This document shows, piece by piece, positions 32,438 through 41,034 of a stretch of DNA of 64,000 nt (position 1 is its first letter; the number at the start of each line of letters is the position of its first letter). A program made the position numbers and the translations under genes. The stretch is from Patescibacteria group bacterium. Its GTDB lineage: Bacteria > Patescibacteriota > Patescibacteriia > UBA9934 > GWF2-40-263. The stretch lies in NCBI GenBank assembly GCA_018814025.1, contig JAHJAM010000025.1, positions 2,530 to 66,529 of the forward strand, given 5' to 3'. The notes beneath the pieces are model-generated. The model did no database searches. It was not told the DNA's origin and saw nothing but the letters and a program-made list of their open reading frames with translations.

Positions 32438-32466
32438 TTGACATATTGTGTTTTTTGTGATATATT
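32438..32466 (+). promoter_or_regulatory. sigma70-type promoter
   Basis: TTGACA-N17-TATATT. Confidence 0.7.
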
Positions 32467-32543
32467 TATCAGTCTTCAAAGTTGAGTAATCATCATCCCA
32501 ATACCACAACCGGGTTGTGGTATCGGTGAACAGGAGGTTTAGG

Positions 32544-32819
32544 ATGTTTAACAAGAAGCGAGCGGAAAAAATGGTGGGCGCGGCGGCTTGTACGCTGCAG
32601 TTGGTCCTGATCTTTGGCGGGTACTCGGATCAGATTCGGCAGATGCTTAAGGCCGAGTCGTTGGCCGGCGTGTCCATTACGCTGTTCGTGCTAGTGCTCA
32701 TCTCACACTTGTTCTGGACAGTGTATGCGCTGATCAAGCGCGACAAGGCCGTGCTGATTCCGCAGATCCCGGGATTCCTATTGGCCGCTTCGATTGTGGT
32801 CATAATTATTTCTAAATAG
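32544..32819 (+). CDS. SemiSWEET / PQ-loop family 3-TM transporter-like protein
   Basis: Three TM segments, DQIRQMLKAESLAGVS...FWTVYALIKRD; AGGAGG RBS; terminator at 32838-32864. Confidence 0.7.
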   Translation: MFNKKRAEKMVGAAACTLQLVLIFGGYSDQIRQMLKAESLAGVSITLFVLVLISHLFWTVYALIKRDKAVLIPQIPGFLLAASIVVIIISK

Positions 32820-32929
32820 TATTCAGTCCGTGTTTATACCTCCGACTTAGGTCGGAGGTTTTTTATCCAAGCAACCCCGGGTGGAGGCTTGGTATGGCAG
32901 GTACTCGCAATACCACAACCCGGTAACCG

Positions 32930-33693
32930 TTTCCATCATCCGGCTATGGAAAATTATTTCATAAATTCTTGATAAGATTTTTGATCCATAAATTCTTCGT
33001 CTAGCCATTTAGGATCGACAATGTTATTTGCACCTGAAGAATTTAGAAAGTCAGCGTAGCTGGACCAAGGGTAGTCACGCAGAAATTGGTTTATTTGATC
33101 CCAATTTGTGTGTGGTTTGTTAATGAGTTTCAGTGGATTGCAGTGAATATATTTAGTTAAGTAGATAAGTTGTCTCTCGTTTGTAACTTGTTTGATCTTG
33201 TAGGGCCCCTCAAATAACCTACCCGTTCTCTTGTGTTTTAGGTTGAAATATTTTGTGTATCCGTTACCTAATCGTTGAAAAAAATGTGATATTCCATTGT
33301 CAGAATTTTGTTGGAGTAAGATGTGAAAGTGGTTTGGCATTAAACAGTAACACCGGATGTTGACCAGTTTTGTCCGACATGTGTTTTTATTGTAGCCGTT
33401 ATTTCTAGTTAATGTACATGTTGCTTTGCGATTGATTTGATTAAAGACTGCCATTCCTTTCAAGAATCTTTGATAGTCATTTTTATCGTCAAAGATAATT
33501 CGTTTATCAACTCCGCGATTATAGATGTGACAATATTGTCCATTGTAAAATTCCATTCTTTTCATAAAGAATTCCAAAGCCGGATGATGGAAAATAAAAC
33601 TTCCACCAACTGGTGTTTGGTGGAAGTACACTGATAATATCGCACATTTTTTCATGATTGTCAACTACAAATTCCATAGCCGGATGATGGAAA
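32930..33693. mobile_element. REP-flanked RAYT locus (REPtron-like)
   Basis: TTCCATCATCCGGCTATGGAA at 32931, inverted copies at 33572 and 33672 around a low-GC Y1 transposase gene. Confidence 0.75.
32954..33565 (-). CDS. REP-associated tyrosine transposase (RAYT, IS200-like HUH)
   Basis: HIYNRG, YCLMPNHFH, YFN....RTGRLF, YIH.NP, YPWSS. Confidence 0.9.
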   Translation of the reverse strand: MKRMEFYNGQYCHIYNRGVDKRIIFDDKNDYQRFLKGMAVFNQINRKATCTLTRNNGYNKNTCRTKLVNIRCYCLMPNHFHILLQQNSDNGISHFFQRLGNGYTKYFNLKHKRTGRLFEGPYKIKQVTNERQLIYLTKYIHCNPLKLINKPHTNWDQINQFLRDYPWSSYADFLNSSGANNIVDPKWLDEEFMDQKSYQEFMK

Positions 33694-33709
33694 GTTTGGT
33701 ACGATATTT

Positions 33710-34122
33710 TTGAGGAGTGGCGACTGGTAGCGAGCGAGTGGTGGCTTTATGCCGTCGACTGTTCAAACGGATTCGACTGCATGGAAGGCCATGAGTCGAC
33801 TTTGGCACCAGACCGGTTGGAATGAAGGCGAATTCCATTCCGGGCCGGTGTGCCCGCCCATCCGGGCTAAGCGGTTTCCAAGAAGCCTTTTGGAAAACGC
33901 ATCCGTGGCTACCACGGTTTTTTCGGCCGCCGGGTGGCGTAGCTCAAGCGGAGCTCGACACCCAATCCTCACTGCCGGTGAGTTCTGACTTGTTCGCAAG
34001 TCCGAGCTCGCCGGCTTTTTTGTTGTGTGCTAATATTTTTTTGAGGCCAGACTGTCAGCCCTGAAACGCTACCACTCCTCAACGGTCGCCGCTCCTCGTC
34101 TCGATTTCGATCAAACGAGGAG
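33710..34122 (+). ncRNA. putative large structured RNA or leader of unknown family
   Basis: Terminal pairing 33710-33732 with 34067-34082, at least six internal stems, internal terminator at 33974-34021, extended -10 TGgTACGAT just upstream. Confidence 0.55.
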
Positions 34123-34128
34123 GATCCA

Positions 34129-34335
34129 ATGAAAACCCAGACACACCAAGTACTACCCGTTTTTTCCGCACTCGCGGTTTGCTTCATCTGCGGGTTTGGT
34201 GGTTGCAGTGCGCCGGAGAAACCGATCCGCGCGCTTTTCCCTGCTTTGAATCGGTCAGCGGGATTGGAAGGCGACGAGCATGACCGAACAGTAGGGTCGG
34301 CTTGGGTCGATTTGGATTCAGGTCTGGTGGTTTAA
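34129..34335 (+). CDS. small putative lipoprotein
   Basis: GAGGAGG RBS, hydrophobic stretch followed by FGGC, terminator at 34344-34381. Confidence 0.45.
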   Translation: MKTQTHQVLPVFSALAVCFICGFGGCSAPEKPIRALFPALNRSAGLEGDEHDRTVGSAWVDLDSGLVV

Positions 34336-34430
34336 GCCTCACGGCCGGTCGGAGTTCTGCTCCGACCGGCTCTTTTCTTTTGCGTTTGAATCAGGCAAGA
34401 TATTAGGTATTCAATCTTAATCAAGTCAAT

Positions 34431-35690
34431 ATGATCGATAGCAAACTTATCCAAGAACAGCCGGATTTGGTGGCCGCTAACAATCAAAAGCGGGGAGCCA
34501 AAATTGATATTTCCGCGGCGCAAAATTTGCTATCCGAGCGTTCATCTTTGATTGGTGAGGTTGAGAAATTGCGCGCTCAAGGCAATGAAATTGCGGGCCA
34601 GATCCCCAAAGTAGCGGATGAGGCGCGGGCGGCTTTGGTGGCGGAAGGGAAGAATATTAAGGATCAAGTGAAAGTTAAGGACGAAGAGCTAAACAAAGTC
34701 CAAGCCCAATTGGATGAAGAATTGCACAAATATCCCAATGTTTTGCGCGAAGACGTGCCTGAGGGCTCGGACGAAAGTGCGAATCAAGAAATGCGAAAAA
34801 TCGGCGAGCCACCAAAATTTGAGTTCGAAGTTAAAGATCATTTGGAGTTGGGGGAGAACTTGGGTTTGATCGACGTGGAACGAGCCGCGAAAATTTCCGG
34901 CAGCCGTTTCGCTTACTTCAAGGGCGAATTCGTGCAGCTGGAATTTGCCTTAATTAATTACGTTTTGTCGGTTTTGGTGCCGGAAGGCTTTCGGCCGGTT
35001 TTGCCGCCGCACATCATTTCCACCAAGGCTATGCGCGCCATGGGCTATTTGGATCACGGCGGGGAAGAAGAAGTTTATCACTTAAAAAATGACGACGCGG
35101 TGTTAATCGGCACTTCGGAGCAGGCGGTGGGACCGATGTTCATGGATGAAATGATCGCGGGCGAGGAATTGCCGTTGCGCTTTGTGGCCTTCTCGCCTTG
35201 TTATCGCCGGGAAGCCGGGAGCTACGGTAAGGACGTGCGCGGCATTTTGCGCATGCACCAATTCGACAAGCTGGAAATGTTCAGCTATGTCTTGCCTGAG
35301 CAGTCGGATCAGGAACATGAATTTTTGCTGGCCATGCAAGAGCGGCTTATGCAAGGCTTGAAACTGCCGTATCGGGTGATGAAACTGTCGGCCGGAGATA
35401 CGGGCGCGCCTTCGGCGCGCACTTATGACATTGAAACTTGGATGCCGTCGCAAAATACTTACCGAGAGACTCATTCAACCTCAAATACGACAGATTATCA
35501 GTCGCGCCGTCTAAACACGCGCTACAAAAATGGCAAAGAGAAAGGCTACGTGCATATGTTAAACGGCACGGCTTTCGCGATTGGCCGAATCATGATTGCG
35601 ATTATGGAAAATTATCAACAGGCCGAAGGCAGCATTGAAGTGCCGGATATTTTGCGGCCGTGGCTGGGCAAAGATAAAATTGGAAGTTAA
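34431..35690 (+). CDS. serS: serine--tRNA ligase
   Basis: LIGTSE, YRREAG, RMHQFDKLE, HMLNGTA. Confidence 0.97.
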   Translation: MIDSKLIQEQPDLVAANNQKRGAKIDISAAQNLLSERSSLIGEVEKLRAQGNEIAGQIPKVADEARAALVAEGKNIKDQVKVKDEELNKVQAQLDEELHKYPNVLREDVPEGSDESANQEMRKIGEPPKFEFEVKDHLELGENLGLIDVERAAKISGSRFAYFKGEFVQLEFALINYVLSVLVPEGFRPVLPPHIISTKAMRAMGYLDHGGEEEVYHLKNDDAVLIGTSEQAVGPMFMDEMIAGEELPLRFVAFSPCYRREAGSYGKDVRGILRMHQFDKLEMFSYVLPEQSDQEHEFLLAMQERLMQGLKLPYRVMKLSAGDTGAPSARTYDIETWMPSQNTYRETHSTSNTTDYQSRRLNTRYKNGKEKGYVHMLNGTAFAIGRIMIAIMENYQQAEGSIEVPDILRPWLGKDKIGS

Positions 35691-35757
35691 CATGTTATTC
35701 ACAAAGCGTTTGTCAAAAATTTTGAACGCGTTTTGGGAAAAATAATCATTGAAGTTT

Positions 35758-35789
35758 AAAGCGATCCGGGCGGATCGCTTTTTGTTTTG
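35758..35789 (+). terminator. intrinsic terminator
   Basis: aaagcgatcc-gggc-ggatcgcttt followed by Ts. Confidence 0.7.
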
Positions 35790-35875
35790 TTAAAAATACA
35801 TAACGCGAAATTTGGCTTAAATCAGCCCAATTATGCCTTGACCTCGCTAAAATAATATGATGTTGTGAAAATAGG

Positions 35876-36117
35876 AGGAAGCGCTTAATCTATCCGGTTC
35901 GGGCGAGAAGATGGGTAAAGTGACGGAGGATAATCTTTTCCATCGGCCCCGTGGAGAAAGCGCTCCTGAAAAATAAAAAATTAATGCGCTTGGTGGAAGT
36001 GCATTTCGAGCCAACGTTGTCGAACGGCTCGTCTCGGAGCAGGAGTACTAATGCTCCGGACGAGACAGTCGACCAGACCGGTCAACTGCTCGCGGTTCTT
36101 TACAACTCAAGGAGCAG
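35876..36117 (+). promoter_or_regulatory. structured 5' leader of the M23 lipoprotein gene
   Basis: Several stems; the last one (ctgctc/gagcag) covers the AAGGAG RBS. Confidence 0.45.
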
Positions 36118-36120
36118 GCG

Positions 36121-38127
36121 ATGAAGAAAATCTTTTGGCTGATCGGCATGCTGGCGGGCTGCACCATCGAATGGCAGCCGACTCATCAATATTATACCGA
36201 GGGGGAGATTGAAGAGCCGAGCGCGCCGGTGGCCGAAGCCGCGCCGGAATCAGAGCCCGGGGATCAGCCCGCGGATTTGGGCGGCGCCAATGAAGGCGCA
36301 ATCAGCCAGCTGCCGTTTGCTTTCGGGCAAAGCCGGCGCTGCGTCCAAGGCGCACACGACCCCTTCAGTCATAACGGGTATTCCACCCGCTATGACTTGG
36401 ACTTGGACACCAGCAATAGCGAAGACGAGGAGATTTATGTGCCGGTTTCCGGGGTGGCTTACGCGCACCAAAACAATCCGGAAATAAATTTCGGCCGGCA
36501 CGTGAACATTGATTTGGGCGACGGCACCTACGTCACGATCGCTCATTTCAAAGAGATATTTTTGCACGACGGCGCGCCCGTGGCCGCCGGCCAGCTGATG
36601 GGCCTGGAAGGCTGTACAGGTTTTTGCACGGGCGATCATGTGCATTTCGGCCGGCATCGGGGCGCGGCCTGGGAGGAAGCGCAACACGGAGAATCCATCC
36701 CAGTCCAGGTGCAAACCGAGAACGGGGTTTGGTCTTCCGAATCATTTGTTTGCGGTTTGGAGAACGGACAATCCTATCGTTCGAAATTATTGGAGATCGG
36801 CACTCACCCCAACGGCACTTTGGTGAAATCCGCGCATGCGTCTAAGACTTATTTGTTGGATCAAGGACGGCGGCGCTGGATTACCAATCAGGATGTGTTC
36901 TGGAGCCGGGGCTACGATTTTCAAGACGTGATCATGGTTTCGGATGAAGAGCTGCAAGCGTATCCGGCCGGGTCGGACTTGGATCAGGCCGGCGGCGTGT
37001 TCGCGGCTTACGACGGCAATCAAGAGCTGTGGCTGTTTGTCGGCCACGAGTCGCAGACGGATCGCCAGCGCCAGCGCGTGGGCCGATTGGATTGGCCGGC
37101 GGTGCTGGCGTCCTGGGGTTTGAATCCCGCGGACGCGAATGATTTGCGGCCTTACACGGTCAATAGCTCCTCTTTTTTCGCCCAATGGCCGCCGTATCAG
37201 GGCTGGGCGACTTTTCGAGACGGCGCTTTGCTGACTCAGGTTTCCAGCTCGGACGTGTTGGTGGTCAGTGATGGCGCGGCCGTGCCGATTGAAACCTGGC
37301 CCGCATTTTTGCAGCCGGGTTTCCGGCCGGATCGGATCTTAACCATCGAGGACGGTAGTTTAGATTATCATTTTGCCGTGGTGGGATCTTGTGCGAACGC
37401 GAGCGGCATTTGCTTGCGGGCAGGGGATTTGCATCAATACGGTTCATTGGATTTGGGCGTGCCGGCCAGGGCCAGACCGCAACCGGAAGTCATTCTGCCG
37501 GATCCGGAACCGGAACCTGAATCTGAACCGGAAGTGATTCCCGAGCCCGAACCAGAGGTTATTCCGGATCCCGAACCGGAACCGGAAGTGATTTTGCCTG
37601 ATCCGGAACCGGAACTGGAAGTGATCCCAGAGCCAGAACCCGAGCCCGAACCGGAGGTTACTCCGGATCCGGAACCAGAGCCTGAACCGGAAATTGAGAT
37701 TGTGCCCGATCCCGAGCCTGAATCTGAACCGGAGCCGCCAGCGCCTTCGTATTTGAGCGTGCGCTGGACCACGCCTTTTGGGGTGCGGGCTGAACGCATC
37801 ACTCTGTCCGGCGAATACACTTTTGCGGACGGCAGTCTGGGTTTTTTCTGGCACGAACTCAAGACCGTGCATGACGCTGCGGAAATCGCGATCCTGTTTT
37901 ATGGCGCAGCCGCCGGGGACAGTTTCCGATTTTCAGTTGAGTTTGCGGATGCCAACGGCTATGTGAGCTGGTCATGCATCGGTCCTTACGTGACCGGTAC
38001 GAATCAGCGCGGAACGCTGCAGGGAAGCGCGTCCGCGCATGTGGATAATCAAGAAGTAAATGTCCAAACCGCGGGCGATCCTTCGGGACAAACCACGGGC
38101 TGCGGACTGATCGTTCATCTGCCTTGA
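36121..38127 (+). CDS. M23 family metallopeptidase lipoprotein with Pro/Glu linker
   Basis: LAGC lipobox, YDLDL, FGRHV.I, AHF, HVHF; (PE)n linker. Confidence 0.85.
   Translation: MKKIFWLIGMLAGCTIEWQPTHQYYTEGEIEEPSAPVAEAAPESEPGDQPADLGGANEGAISQLPFAFGQSRRCVQGAHDPFSHNGYSTRYDLDLDTSNSEDEEIYVPVSGVAYAHQNNPEINFGRHVNIDLGDGTYVTIAHFKEIFLHDGAPVAAGQLMGLEGCTGFCTGDHVHFGRHRGAAWEEAQHGESIPVQVQTENGVWSSESFVCGLENGQSYRSKLLEIGTHPNGTLVKSAHASKTYLLDQGRRRWITNQDVFWSRGYDFQDVIMVSDEELQAYPAGSDLDQAGGVFAAYDGNQELWLFVGHESQTDRQRQRVGRLDWPAVLASWGLNPADANDLRPYTVNSSSFFAQWPPYQGWATFRDGALLTQVSSSDVLVVSDGAAVPIETWPAFLQPGFRPDRILTIEDGSLDYHFAVVGSCANASGICLRAGDLHQYGSLDLGVPARARPQPEVILPDPEPEPESEPEVIPEPEPEVIPDPEPEPEVILPDPEPELEVIPEPEPEPEPEVTPDPEPEPEPEIEIVPDPEPESEPEPPAPSYLSVRWTTPFGVRAERITLSGEYTFADGSLGFFWHELKTVHDAAEIAILFYGAAAGDSFRFSVEFADANGYVSWSCIGPYVTGTNQRGTLQGSASAHVDNQEVNVQTAGDPSGQTTGCGLIVHLP
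37480..37742 (+). repeat. coding tandem repeats PEPEPEVI(L)PD
   Basis: Degenerate CCGGAA/CCCGAG repeats. Confidence 0.85.
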
Positions 38128-38256
38128 ATTCTAACCCCAGATTTTCGCTAAAATCTGGGGTTTTTTTCTTAGAAAAAGCCAGAGCCCGGCTCTGGCTTGG
38201 GGAAAGGGATTTATCCACGATTTTTGCAACCAAATATGGTATAATTTCTCTTAGTT

Positions 38257-41004
38257 ATGCAAAGGTTTCAGACTCGGAGCCTAGAAGTGTTTTTGCGCTT
38301 GCAAGAGCGCTGGAACAAACATAAGAATCATCCATTAACTTGGTTGGGAATTTTTGTATTAGTCGCCGTGGCCGCGGGTTTGCTTTTCGTGAATCCGGTC
38401 TGGGCTCAGACGACGCCGGCCGCGACTGACGCGGTCAGTGAAAACCTGGTCAAGCGTTTTGCGGGTTGGATTGCGGGCATTGTAATCGAATACGTGGTGC
38501 CGGCCGTGACCCAGGTGTTTTTGTTGATTATCAGCATCGTGATCACCATCATGCAATACAATAGTTTTTCCACTTCCACGGTGGTGGGTACGGGCTGGGT
38601 GATTGTGCGCGATATCATGAATATTTTCTTTGTCATGGTGCTGATCGTGATTGCCATGGGCACTATCTTTGGCGGCGGCAAGTTTAAGTGGACCCAGCAA
38701 GTGCCGCGCTTAATGCTGTTTGCTTTGCTGATTAATTTTTCGCGGACCATTTGCGGCATCATGATTGATTTTGGCCAAGTGATCATGCTGACTTTTGCCA
38801 ACGCTTTGAAAGATTTGGCCTCGGGCAATTTTATTCAATTGTTCGGGATCATGGATTTTTACCAGTATAGCCAGACTGGAGTTTCGGCCGCGACCACTTC
38901 AAAATACGAGCTGTTGCTGGTGGCTTTGATGACGCTTTTCGTGATGCTGGCCGTAACCATCACCATGGGTATTTTTGTGATGATTTTGATTTATCGCATT
39001 GTCATGCTTTGGATTTTGGTGGTGCTTTCGCCTTTGGCTTTTTTCTTGGGCGGGGCCAGGGATTTGTTCGGACAAGAAGGCTACATCAAATGGTGGACGC
39101 AGTTTAAGTGCGCGGTGGTGATCGGCCCGGTGCTGGCATTTTTCTTATGGCTGACTTTATCCGTGGCCGGATCCGGCAGCGTTTCCATTACCGAAGGCCT
39201 GACCACGGCTTCGACCAGTACTGATAATCCGTCAGACATGCTGACTAAGATTTTTGAAAAAGGAAACTTTATCAGCTTATTGATCGGTTTGGGCATGATG
39301 TACGCGGGGTTTGACGCGGCCTCAAGTTTTTGCGGCAGCGAAGCCATGTTCAGCGGCATGATCGGCCGAGCCAAAGGTGCAGTCGGGACGGCCGCTAAGT
39401 GGACAGCCGGCGGAGCCGCGGGCTTGGCGATTTTGGGCACGCGCCAAGGAGCGAAAGCTGTGAGTTCAGTGGGGACCGGCGTGGGTAAAGCCGCGGCCGG
39501 CGCGGGTTCGGCGGCTTTGATCGGGGGCACGGCCGGTTTGGTGGCCAGCAACAGCGGGTTAGCTCGAGTGACCGGTAAATTGTTGCGCACCCCAACAGCG
39601 CAAGGCCGAGCTGAGGTGGCGCGCGATTTGGCCGGATCTAAGAATAAGACCGTGGCACGCTTAGCCGGCGGCTATGCTGATACTTTGGATAAGCGGGTAG
39701 CTGCCGATTATGTCGAGGCGGGCAAAGGCATGGAAGGCGCCAGCCGCCAGACCAAGCTTGATTATTTGGATAGCGTGGCGCGCGGGGGCAAACCGACTTT
39801 GCCGGGCGAGCAAAAGCGGGCGGCCATGGCTTTCAGCCAGGCCATGGGCGATCCCAAGGCTTTGGAACAATTGGAAAAGAAAGGCCAGCTTAAGAGTCTT
39901 TATGATATGTTCGGCAAAGATTTGGAACGCATCTCCGGCGGCGATGATAAAATGGCGGATCGGCTCGGCGCTTTTGAGGAATCACGGCCTGATTTGACCG
40001 GCGATACTGATAAGATTGATGCTTCGAATATTGGGAAATTAGGCTTGGGCGCGTTCGCGGCCAAATCGGTTAGTGACAGCTTGCGTGGCCGACCGGCTCC
40101 GGTCGGATCTAAAGCGAATGATTTGTACGAGCATGTGGCGCAGGGATATTTGGGACCGGCTAAACAAGCGGCTTTGCTTGAAGGCGAGTCCGGAATGTTT
40201 AAGAAAATGAGTGGCGAAGAATTAGCCCAGCTGGCGCCGGAACGAATAGCGGATAAAATTGATGTGACTATGGTTGAGAAGAGTCCGGGCATGGTGGCCA
40301 ATGTCATGAACAGCACTAATCCGCAAGTGCAACAGGCGGTTCGCGGTTTGGATCCGAGTGTTTTGGATCGAATGATGCGCGCGCACGCGGGCATTTCGGC
40401 CACCGGTCAAGTGGAAGATGCTGATAAGTTTAAGTCAGCCATTAGCGCCAACCCGAGCCTGGTTTCGACCTTTACGCCGGCCATGATGAGCGGCGGGGCT
40501 TCAAAAGCGATTGCGGAAAATTTCGGGGTGAAAGAATGGCAAAAAGCCAGCGCGCAAATTCAAAAGAATCCGGATGAGAATGTGGAATTGCGCATGAATT
40601 TGGCTCAAGCTTCGGATGAAGCGGCTCAAGGAGAAGATTACAATGACCAATCAGTCAAAGCCGCGGCCATGTTTGATCAACAAATGTCAGCCATGGATGC
40701 GCGGGAGACTGCGGAGATTGAGCGTCGAACTTCGGCCACGGAAATTGTGAACACAGCCGCGGCTCAGGAACAAATTACGCAAATTACCAAGAAATTGAGA
40801 TCGGATAGCACGGCTTTTGACCAGGCGCGCGAAAAAATGCTGGCGGCGCAAGGCCGGTCCCGAGCGGCCGTGGAAGCGAATGATTACGTGAAGGCAACCA
40901 AGTTTGACGACATCGCCCATAAGTATGAATTGCAGTCGGAAAATTTAGCCGCCAAGATCGCGGAAGCCAATCGAAAAATTGAAGCCTTGGAAGGCAATGC
41001 GTAA
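38257..41004 (+). CDS. VirB6/TrbL-like polytopic membrane protein with long C-terminal tail
   Basis: GW.IVRDIMN, LLINFSRTICG.MID, RIVMLWILVVLSPLAF, Gly/Ala-rich linker; lies upstream of prgI/virB4. Confidence 0.7.
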   Translation: MQRFQTRSLEVFLRLQERWNKHKNHPLTWLGIFVLVAVAAGLLFVNPVWAQTTPAATDAVSENLVKRFAGWIAGIVIEYVVPAVTQVFLLIISIVITIMQYNSFSTSTVVGTGWVIVRDIMNIFFVMVLIVIAMGTIFGGGKFKWTQQVPRLMLFALLINFSRTICGIMIDFGQVIMLTFANALKDLASGNFIQLFGIMDFYQYSQTGVSAATTSKYELLLVALMTLFVMLAVTITMGIFVMILIYRIVMLWILVVLSPLAFFLGGARDLFGQEGYIKWWTQFKCAVVIGPVLAFFLWLTLSVAGSGSVSITEGLTTASTSTDNPSDMLTKIFEKGNFISLLIGLGMMYAGFDAASSFCGSEAMFSGMIGRAKGAVGTAAKWTAGGAAGLAILGTRQGAKAVSSVGTGVGKAAAGAGSAALIGGTAGLVASNSGLARVTGKLLRTPTAQGRAEVARDLAGSKNKTVARLAGGYADTLDKRVAADYVEAGKGMEGASRQTKLDYLDSVARGGKPTLPGEQKRAAMAFSQAMGDPKALEQLEKKGQLKSLYDMFGKDLERISGGDDKMADRLGAFEESRPDLTGDTDKIDASNIGKLGLGAFAAKSVSDSLRGRPAPVGSKANDLYEHVAQGYLGPAKQAALLEGESGMFKKMSGEELAQLAPERIADKIDVTMVEKSPGMVANVMNSTNPQVQQAVRGLDPSVLDRMMRAHAGISATGQVEDADKFKSAISANPSLVSTFTPAMMSGGASKAIAENFGVKEWQKASAQIQKNPDENVELRMNLAQASDEAAQGEDYNDQSVKAAAMFDQQMSAMDARETAEIERRTSATEIVNTAAAQEQITQITKKLRSDSTAFDQAREKMLAAQGRSRAAVEANDYVKATKFDDIAHKYELQSENLAAKIAEANRKIEALEGNA

Positions 41005-41034
41005 GCGTTAACCAGTTTCATAAGCAGGAGGATT

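Noticed and set aside
33710-34430. T-box leader for serS, tmRNA or RNase P RNA
   Set aside because: No GGTGG-N-ACC T-box, no tRNA-like TTCGA..CCA 3' end and no GAGGAAAGTCC; a terminator separates it from serS
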